DNA of 35,454 bases from Synechococcus sp. (GTDB taxonomy: Bacteria; Cyanobacteriota; Cyanobacteriia; Thermostichales; PCC-7336). Made by a program: the position numbers and the translations under genes. The notes beneath the pieces were generated by a model, which saw only the letters and a program-made list of their open reading frames with translations, had not been told where the DNA came from and searched no databases. The stretch is from assembly GCA_051439605.1 (NCBI GenBank), contig JBFRWN010000007.1:1-35454 (forward strand). The letters are read 5' to 3'. This document shows positions 29,039-35,454 of the stretch, one piece after another; positions within the stretch are counted from its first letter, which is position 1, and each line of letters starts with the position of its first letter.

Positions 29039-29464
29039 ATGGAAGTCGCTTCCCCGGTCAGCATGTCAGAATCTACTGACAAGCCAACTTTAAATCACGC
29101 CCTGATAGTGAAGGACCGCAACGGTCCTAAAGCTTATTGGCTCACGGCTGAGGTTTACACCCTCGGGCGGGATGCCAGCAATAGTATTCGGATCGATTCA
29201 CAGTATGTATCTCGCCACCATGCGATGGTTATTCGCGGCAACGATGTAAATGGTGAATGCTCTTATCAGATCATCGATGGAGATTCCAACGGTCATCCCA
29301 GTACTAACGGATTGTTTTTGAACGAACAGCGCATTGATTTTGCCGATCTCGAAAATGGATTTGAGATACGCATGAGCTGCGATGTCACAATTCTCTACGT
29401 CACTACATCGAAGACGTTTGACTATATCTTGTCCACTTACGAGAGAACTAGAATCGCGGGATGA
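29039..29464 (+). CDS. Small FHA-domain protein
   Basis: LGRD, VSRHHA, STNG FHA signature. Start at 29039 or 29063. Confidence 0.85.
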   Translation: MEVASPVSMSESTDKPTLNHALIVKDRNGPKAYWLTAEVYTLGRDASNSIRIDSQYVSRHHAMVIRGNDVNGECSYQIIDGDSNGHPSTNGLFLNEQRIDFADLENGFEIRMSCDVTILYVTTSKTFDYILSTYERTRIAG

Positions 29465-29765
29465 GATCTACAACGCTCCTGACTTGCAGCATGATATCCC
29501 TCCTTTTCAATCATAGGTAAAGCATGGCCCTTAGAATTCTGCCTCTTGACAGAGGAGTTTCCCGAACAGAGGAACTAAAGGCAGTCACCTCATTAAAGAT
29601 TTAGATCGACATAGTGACTAACGGGGAGGGGGAAGACGAGAAAGCAGTATTACTGTCATCAACCAGCACTCACCATCATTGGCAAATGCTGGCAATCGGT
29701 AGCAGCCATGAAATCGTTTCGAACATCTCATGCATGTAGCCGAGGCAACAATATTTGCAAAGTCT

Positions 29766-30191
29766 TTAGAACGGAATGTCATCCATTTCAGCAGGAACTG
29801 TAGCAGTCGGTTTAGGTGCAGCGGCTTTAGCAGGCTTAGGGGACCGTGCCGGAGTGGATTTCCGCTCGGTAGAGCCAGCGGATTCAAGCACCCCTGCCCC
29901 AAGCTTATGGATGCGGCGAGCGCTTAACTCGGCCCGTTTTTCGTTGCGACCATCCCGCTCAACAGTATTGATGTGCAGTTGCCCCTCAATCGTAATGCGA
30001 TCGCCGATAGCGTAGGTATCGACCACCTGTTGCGCTGTCTCCCCAAACGTTGCCACCCGCACTTGAAAATCGGGTTCTCCCTCCCGACTATTGGGGAAGC
30101 TAACCAACATGGATGCTACCGCGAGATTGTCTGGGGTAAACCGCATTTCGGGTTCTGTAACAATCTCAGCCATCAACACAATTGAATTCAT
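29766..30191 (-). CDS. ssb: Single-stranded DNA-binding protein
   Basis: MNSIVL...PEMRFT OB-fold start, IEGQL, Pro/Ala-rich linker, acidic DDIPF tail. Confidence 0.92.
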   Translation of the reverse strand: MNSIVLMAEIVTEPEMRFTPDNLAVASMLVSFPNSREGEPDFQVRVATFGETAQQVVDTYAIGDRITIEGQLHINTVERDGRNEKRAELSARRIHKLGAGVLESAGSTERKSTPARSPKPAKAAAPKPTATVPAEMDDIPF

Positions 30192-30407
30192 CGCAAATTT
30201 TGCTTACAGCGTAAAGTGGGCGGCCTTGCGAGCCGTGATAGGCTTCTAGCCTACTGAGGTGCTGATGTGGATGCAAATCCCCAATTATGCTGAGACCAAC
30301 GCACCTACAACGGTTCGGAATCAGTGGGATACCGAACGTAATTCCTACGGTTGCTTTATTTGAGGTAAAAATCTTAAAATATACTTAAGGTTTCAGGGGT
30401 AGTCCTC

Positions 30408-30683
30408 TTGACTTCCATCCACTACGAGACCAGAATTCTTGATATTCCGCACGAGTTTCGCCGCGAAGCCGCTCGGGTATTGACTGAAATGGGTTTGTCA
30501 TTGCGATCCTGGTCAGATGGAACCCTAAGCGTTTTGATTCGCTGTGGATTTCAAGGAGCGCTTGACCGCTTAGCAATTTTGCATCTGGAAATGCGGTTTT
30601 CCCACAACTGTAGCGAGCGGCTGCAGTGGTTAGAAATGTGTTGGCAGTTGCCCAGTAACTTGAGCCGACAGTATCAAAACTGA
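30408..30683 (+). CDS. Small cyanobacterial protein, Asr1405/Asl0597-like
   Basis: DG.L.V.I segment and C-terminal LQWLEMCWQ resemble this family, but the match is divergent. TTG start. Confidence 0.5.
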   Translation: MTSIHYETRILDIPHEFRREAARVLTEMGLSLRSWSDGTLSVLIRCGFQGALDRLAILHLEMRFSHNCSERLQWLEMCWQLPSNLSRQYQN

Positions 30684-30730
30684 CCATTTCAAAATTGACC
30701 ATTTCAAAATTGACCATTTCAAAACTGACC
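30674..30730 (+). repeat. Tandem repeat, about 3.8 x 15 bp (TCAAAAYTGACCATT)
   Basis: Units at 30674, 30689, 30704 and a partial unit at 30719. Confidence 0.92.
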
Positions 30731-30963
30731 CTCTGCAGAGCTAACGCCTTCCCAATTGAACCTCTTAATCTTGTCTGCAACTGTTCGCTTACATAGCGGA
30801 TACCCTCCGATGGCTTGTCCCGGCTGTATAGGGCTCAACGCGCTCAGCTCAATGAATGTTGGAATGGCGGTCACCTCACCCGAGCGTTGAATAATTCACC
30901 ATCAGAACGGAGGGGGGATTTGGCCGTTAAGATGAGAAGCGGACTTTTACCATTTCTTCAGGT

Positions 30964-31509
30964 ATGCGCAGCCTACGCACGGGTTGGAAGCGAATTTCTT
31001 TGGTGTTGTGTTTGGTGCTATCGCTCGCCCTTGGGGCTTTACCCGCCCAAGCCAGCATTAATAACGATCGCTATGACGGGAATATCTTTGCCTTGTATGG
31101 CTCTAACGGCGGTATGATTCCGCCCCGCGTGTCATTGTCAGAGTCGCTCTCGCAACGGGTGCCAGCCCTCCTATTGTTTTTTGTGGAAGACAGTAGTGAT
31201 TGCAAGCGTTACTCGGGGGCGGTGGCAAACCTTCAGGTACGTTACGGCTTGGGAGTCAACTTCATTCCCATCAATATTGACGCCCTCAATCCGGAGGACC
31301 CCAATGACCCTGGCAAATACTTTACGGGTCGCGTCCCCCAAACGCTGTTGTTCGATCCGGACGGCAAGGTGGTTTACGAATCTGTGGGCGATCGCCCGAT
31401 CTCGGAAGTGGAAAACGAGATTCGAGCGCTGTTTTCCCTAGACCCGGTGGAGCCTGGCGAGTTGCGTCGTCAACCCTTTAACGAACTGCAAACAGGATTT
31501 GGACGCTAA
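30964..31509 (+). CDS. Exported/lumenal thioredoxin-fold protein (thylakoid PSI accumulation factor-like)
   Basis: Signal peptide ending AQA, DRYDGNIFALY..NG...PP, degenerate active site DSSDC, cis-Pro VPQT. Confidence 0.75.
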   Translation: MRSLRTGWKRISLVLCLVLSLALGALPAQASINNDRYDGNIFALYGSNGGMIPPRVSLSESLSQRVPALLLFFVEDSSDCKRYSGAVANLQVRYGLGVNFIPINIDALNPEDPNDPGKYFTGRVPQTLLFDPDGKVVYESVGDRPISEVENEIRALFSLDPVEPGELRRQPFNELQTGFGR

Positions 31510-31710
31510 GCTTGGGGTAGTAGAGTCGTTCTATTTAGAACTCTTTGCGGTCATACCAAACACGATTTATATCTGGGACCATTTATAGCTTTTGCTATCT
31601 CATTTAGGACAGCAACCTCTATGCCTAGTCAGGCTGCTGGAAAGCTCAGATGTCTCATGCGACTTGACGGCTGCCATCTCTCAGACATTCTCATCCAATA
31701 GAGACGCGTT

Positions 31711-32052
31711 GTGGATAAAGTACCCTACTCGGCTAGAGAGCCTCAATCCAGCCCTGAAACATCCCATAACCACAGCCACCCAAACGAAGAGCTGATGTCC
31801 CTCGACATCGCTGAATTTAAGCAGCGTTTGCAGGCCCTGCAGACCAAGGTAGAGGCTATTGAGCAATTAGATGCAGCGGAAAAGCTGCCCCCCGAGGAGG
31901 CAGCTCAAATGCTGGAAAAGCTGGTGGAAATGGAAACCATCATCCGCGAGGGGTTGGAGGGAATTTTTAGCCCGTCAGTCTTTTGGCAAGCGGTGCGTTG
32001 GGGTGGTTTAGGGGTGATTTTGGGCGTCCTACTACAGCGGGCAATTGGCTGA
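31711..32052 (+). CDS. Hypothetical coiled-coil protein with C-terminal membrane anchor
   Basis: Heptad-rich middle and FWQAVRWGGLGVILG tail of cyanobacterial type. Start at 31711 or 31795. Confidence 0.7.
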   Translation: MDKVPYSAREPQSSPETSHNHSHPNEELMSLDIAEFKQRLQALQTKVEAIEQLDAAEKLPPEEAAQMLEKLVEMETIIREGLEGIFSPSVFWQAVRWGGLGVILGVLLQRAIG

Positions 32053-32119
32053 GGAAATTAGGACGGGTATCTAACCTTGCCCGACACCAATGAGCTTCCG
32101 AGCCTCAATGAAGTGGCCG

Positions 32120-32524
32120 CTAAAGATTGCCTTCTGCATCTTTGGAGGCCATGTAGGCTCGCCACCCCCCAAACTGAGTGATTTCCAACGCACCTTCACA
32201 CAAGATGGTCTCGCCGATTACCCCCAGGACTTCGCTTCCATCTGAGAGTTTCACCTTGCCAATACTTAAACCCGGTGGCTCCTTCAGCAAAATTGCAGCT
32301 AGCCCTTCTGGAGGAACAGCCCAGACTTCTAATGCGATCGCCCGTCCCCCCTCTCTGACCCGCATCATGGCGGGGTGCACATCATCAATAGACCACAAGC
32401 GATAGGTGGGTTCTGTGGTAGCCTCGCGAACAAACTCGGCCCTTGCAGCAGTCATATTGGGGCTTAACTCCAGCCCTTGCATGAGTGTGCCATTGACCGC
32501 TAGCAAAATGGTATCTGGAGTCAT
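32120..32524 (-). CDS. Stand-alone allophanate hydrolase C-terminal-domain / gamma-glutamylcyclotransferase-fold protein
   Basis: LAVNGTLM.GL.L, T...YRL, EVW, EPPGL.IG.V.L.DG..VLG, ITQFGGWRAY. Confidence 0.8.
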   Translation of the reverse strand: MTPDTILLAVNGTLMQGLELSPNMTAARAEFVREATTEPTYRLWSIDDVHPAMMRVREGGRAIALEVWAVPPEGLAAILLKEPPGLSIGKVKLSDGSEVLGVIGETILCEGALEITQFGGWRAYMASKDAEGNL

Positions 32525-33546
32525 TATTTTCCTTTACGCCAACGCTCGAATCCTACGACTGCGACCCCTAGAACCACTAGCAAAATACCCAAGACTTGCC
32601 GCTGCCGAAGAACTTCGGAGATAGCCTGCCAAGCGATCGCAGCCGTCAAAATTGGGGTACTGGTGCTAACTAAAAAGGCAGGAGTGACACCAATCGCCCG
32701 AATACCAAAATTATTCAGAAGGTAACCCACTGTTGTTACGGCTGCCGTAATCCCTGTACCGACCCAGAGAGGTTGCCAACTATCTGCCGAAACATCAACG
32801 CTGACAAACCTCAAACCTACGCTGCAAATCCCCAACATGACCCAAAATGTCAGGACTGAAAACGGTACAGGATGCATGTGTTTTAGACAGGACTGGCTTA
32901 AAACTCCTTGCCAGGCGTAAGTGAATCCGGCACCTAAAGCCGCTCCAACTCCCCAGGTATTGCTGGACTGAAGCAGCCCGCTAGTATCTGGTGCACTGAG
33001 AAATACCCCCACCACCACAATGACAGTGGTTGCCATCGTAACGAGGGAAAGACGCTCTCCGAATACCCACCGAGCCAATAGGGCGGTAATAGCGGGATAA
33101 ATGAAGAAGATCGTGACGGCGATACCTGTAGAAAGTTGCGAGATTGCTACAAACAACAGAGTCAGTGCCAGCGCCAATAACCCTCCACTGCCCGTAGTTT
33201 TAATCAGCAATACCCTTTGCCTTGGTTGAGCGAGACTGCGCAACTCGGCGTAGGTCTGGCGATGCAGACGAGGGGCGATGGCGCTGATGGCAATCGCAGT
33301 CAGGAGGGTGCGCATCTGCAATAGCAGCAGCGAATGGGGGAAGGTGGGGGTAATGTAGCCCCCTAGCGGGATGCTGCCCCACAGCAGGCTAGGGCTAAAC
33401 AATATTTTGAGGACGACGTTCTGAATTGCCAACAGCAGGGCTGAACCCAAAATCCAGAGGATACCTAGCAAGTTTCCTCCTGCCTTCTCTATCTGTTTTG
33501 TGATGATTTCGAACTGATGGATTCTGTCTGCCTTCAGCTTATCCAT
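32524..33546 (-). CDS. DMT/EamA-family transporter
   Basis: About 10 hydrophobic helices in two repeats, FFIYP.IT.LL....FGE, STPILTA..AW....E. TAATG overlap with the downstream gene. Confidence 0.85.
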   Translation of the reverse strand: MDKLKADRIHQFEIITKQIEKAGGNLLGILWILGSALLLAIQNVVLKILFSPSLLWGSIPLGGYITPTFPHSLLLLQMRTLLTAIAISAIAPRLHRQTYAELRSLAQPRQRVLLIKTTGSGGLLALALTLLFVAISQLSTGIAVTIFFIYPAITALLARWVFGERLSLVTMATTVIVVVGVFLSAPDTSGLLQSSNTWGVGAALGAGFTYAWQGVLSQSCLKHMHPVPFSVLTFWVMLGICSVGLRFVSVDVSADSWQPLWVGTGITAAVTTVGYLLNNFGIRAIGVTPAFLVSTSTPILTAAIAWQAISEVLRQRQVLGILLVVLGVAVVGFERWRKGK

Positions 33547-33783
33547 ACTGGAGGAGAGGGCAAATGATTCCCTGTTTCCGTTGGGGAGAATCTGCTGCTG
33601 TATCTAAGCGATCGTAATTTCTCCCGTAGTCGTTGTCGTTGATGAATTTATCGAACGATGTCTGCAATTTTCTGACGTATGCTAGCCCTCACATCGGCGC
33701 AGGGCAAATGGCCGCCATCGTGGATGTCGATAATATGTCGGATTTTCTGCAACTCAAACTCCAGCCCTTGAGCGCTGTTTTAT
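33539..33783 (-). pseudogene. Decayed MerR-family metal-responsive regulator (C-terminal half)
   Basis: Manual translation: IK/frameshift/AQGLEFELQKIRHIIDIHDGGHLPCADVRASIRQKIADIVR*IHQRQRLREKLRS/frameshift/LDTAADSPQRKQGIICPLLQYG*. This matches the cyanobacterial MerR pattern 'IKRAQ.LG..L.EI..IL..HD.G.LPC...ICP..Q'. The HTH was not found. Confidence 0.7.
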
Positions 33784-34053
33784 TTGGACAGTAGAGGGAA
33801 GGATCGACGCAATATGTTGGCTAAATTTTGCTTCACCAAAAGAATTATTCAAAAGATTTAAGACTTGTAGGCGGTAAGGCAATTTTGAAAGGAGTCGATG
33901 TCTTGCCGCAATAACATAGTTGTTTTAGTGTCGTTGCATGGTTACCAGTCTCAAATTCTGACTTTTGATTGGTGGACATAGTGATTCAACTCGTCCGAAT
34001 TGCTTCCAACGTATTTCAATCCGCATTATCGCAATATCGCAAATGAGGTAGTT

Positions 34054-35190
34054 GTGCAGGGATTTCGACTTGGTTCTATTTGGGGCTTTGAGGTTCGAAT
34101 TGATTCCTCTTGGTTTTTTATCTTCTTTCTTATCCTGTGGACTTTAAGCGCAGGCGCGTTTCCCGCACAGTTTCCCGAGCTTTCTTCTAGGACTCACGTT
34201 GCGATGGGCATCGCGGGAACGGTCCTCTTTTTTGTCTCTTTGGTACTCCACGAACTGGCTCATTCGCTAGTCGCTAGATCGAAAGGGATTCCCATCAAAG
34301 GAATTACCCTATTCATTTTTGGTGGAGTGGCCCGTATTAGCAGCGAGGCTGAAACTCCTGGAGACGAGTTTCAAATTGCAGTGGTCGGTCCCCTGGCTAG
34401 TTTTGCGATCGCCCTCTTCTCCAGCCTCACTGCATGGGTGGGGGGAGTTGCTGGCTGGAGCGTTGCCGTTACTGGGGTCGCAAACTACCTGGCCTTTATC
34501 AATATAGCCCTCGGTATTTTTAACCTTCTGCCAGGCTTTCCCTTAGATGGCGGTCGACTATTTCGGGCGATCGTTTGGAAATGGACGGGGAATTTAACTA
34601 GGGCGACTAAAATTGCTTCATCGAGCGGCAAAACCTTAGGGTTCGCAATCGCTCTTCTGGGGATACTGCTGCTGTTTCGAGGGATGATTTTCAACGGTTT
34701 GTGGTTTGTCTTGATTGGGTTGTTTTTGCGGAATGCCGCTGAAACCGGTTTCCAGCAGCAACTCTTGCAGGTGGGGTTAGCAGGGGTGCAGGCCTGGGAA
34801 GTAATGACGCCCAATCCCGAGACCGTCCCCCACGATCTTCGAGTCCAGCAACTGGTGGACGAGTATTTTCTGCACCGACGCTATCAGTCTTTTCCCGTCC
34901 TTAGAAACGATCGTCTCTGCGGAATTGTTACGTTGAATCAGGTGAAGCAGGTGCCGCGAGAGCAATGGACGTCGTTGATGGTGAAGGACATCATTAAACC
35001 TCTCGATCGCAACACCGTGATTCGTCCTGACGAGAAGATACTCGACACGTTGCAAAAAATGGAGGAGTCAGAGGTGGGGAGGGTATTGGTAGTGCGTGAC
35101 GAGACGTTGGAGGGCATCATTAGCGTTCGGGACATAGCGGATTGGTTGCGGAGAGCTGGAGATTTATCCGATCTGCAGCAACACCAGTGA
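34054..35190 (+). CDS. Site-2 protease (peptidase M50) with two CBS domains
   Basis: HELAH, FNLLPGFPLDGGR and two CBS repeats. GTG at 34054 preceded by GAGGT. Confidence 0.92.
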   Translation: MQGFRLGSIWGFEVRIDSSWFFIFFLILWTLSAGAFPAQFPELSSRTHVAMGIAGTVLFFVSLVLHELAHSLVARSKGIPIKGITLFIFGGVARISSEAETPGDEFQIAVVGPLASFAIALFSSLTAWVGGVAGWSVAVTGVANYLAFINIALGIFNLLPGFPLDGGRLFRAIVWKWTGNLTRATKIASSSGKTLGFAIALLGILLLFRGMIFNGLWFVLIGLFLRNAAETGFQQQLLQVGLAGVQAWEVMTPNPETVPHDLRVQQLVDEYFLHRRYQSFPVLRNDRLCGIVTLNQVKQVPREQWTSLMVKDIIKPLDRNTVIRPDEKILDTLQKMEESEVGRVLVVRDETLEGIISVRDIADWLRRAGDLSDLQQHQ

Positions 35191-35393
35191 CGCATTCCCG
35201 ATCGGGTAGTCCACCGAATGAAAGCGATTGTCGCGCGCGACCCCGTATCTTCTGAGGGACTTGATGGAGCACTTCGATGAAATCGAGTCGCTTCGCGGGA
35301 GCGACTTCGAATGGATGTTGGAAGATGCCTGGTGAGGGGACATTACACGACGTAAAGCAGTTACGGCAAGGTTTACGGCTTCCCTGGAGGCAG

Positions 35394-35429
35394 AAAAAAT
35401 GCTAGGACGTAACGAATTACACCTAGCAT
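35394..35429 (-). terminator. Intrinsic terminator for a gene entering from the right
   Basis: Stem ATGCTAGG/CCTAGCAT with an inner GTAA/TTAC stem, followed by a T6 run on the minus strand. Confidence 0.6.
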
Positions 35430-35454
35430 CCTAAAAATCAATGAATTTACCTTA

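Noticed and set aside
30385..30780. Minus-strand ORF with FEMVN repeats
   Set aside because: Shadow of the 15-bp DNA repeat and of the plus-strand gene; no protein-like features.
1..35454. Frequent GCGATCGC octamers as a novel repeat
   Set aside because: This is the well-known cyanobacterial HIP1 sequence.

Overview
Cyanobacterial chromosomal segment; the many HIP1 octamers (GCGATCGC), the NtcA site and the cyanobacteria-type genes support this assignment. It opens in the 3' part of an integron integrase, followed by a convergent phosphomannomutase/phosphoglucomutase. Next is a complete guanidine-assimilation locus: NtcA promoter, guanidine-I riboswitch, guanidine hydrolase, HypA/HypB-type nickel chaperones and an ABC importer. 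After that come a renalase-like oxidoreductase, a GT4 glycosyltransferase, a 354-aa 'hypothetical' that looks like a divergent LCIB/theta-type carbonic anhydrase, and an SGNH hydrolase. A co-directional minus-strand block encodes a phosphoribosyltransferase, an alpha/beta hydrolase, a receiver-glutaredoxin-thioredoxin-reductase fusion lacking catalytic cysteines, and a cNMP-domain histidine kinase. The remainder is mostly housekeeping (pentapeptide protein, hrcA, panD, ppk1, NAD kinase, SLC13 permease, FHA protein, ssb, thioredoxin-like protein). It ends with a decayed MerR-family gene upstream of an EamA transporter / allophanate-hydrolase-C-domain pair and a site-2 protease-CBS gene. No tRNA, rRNA, CRISPR array, IS element or attC cassette was recognised. 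All assignments come from motif recognition by eye; no searches were run.
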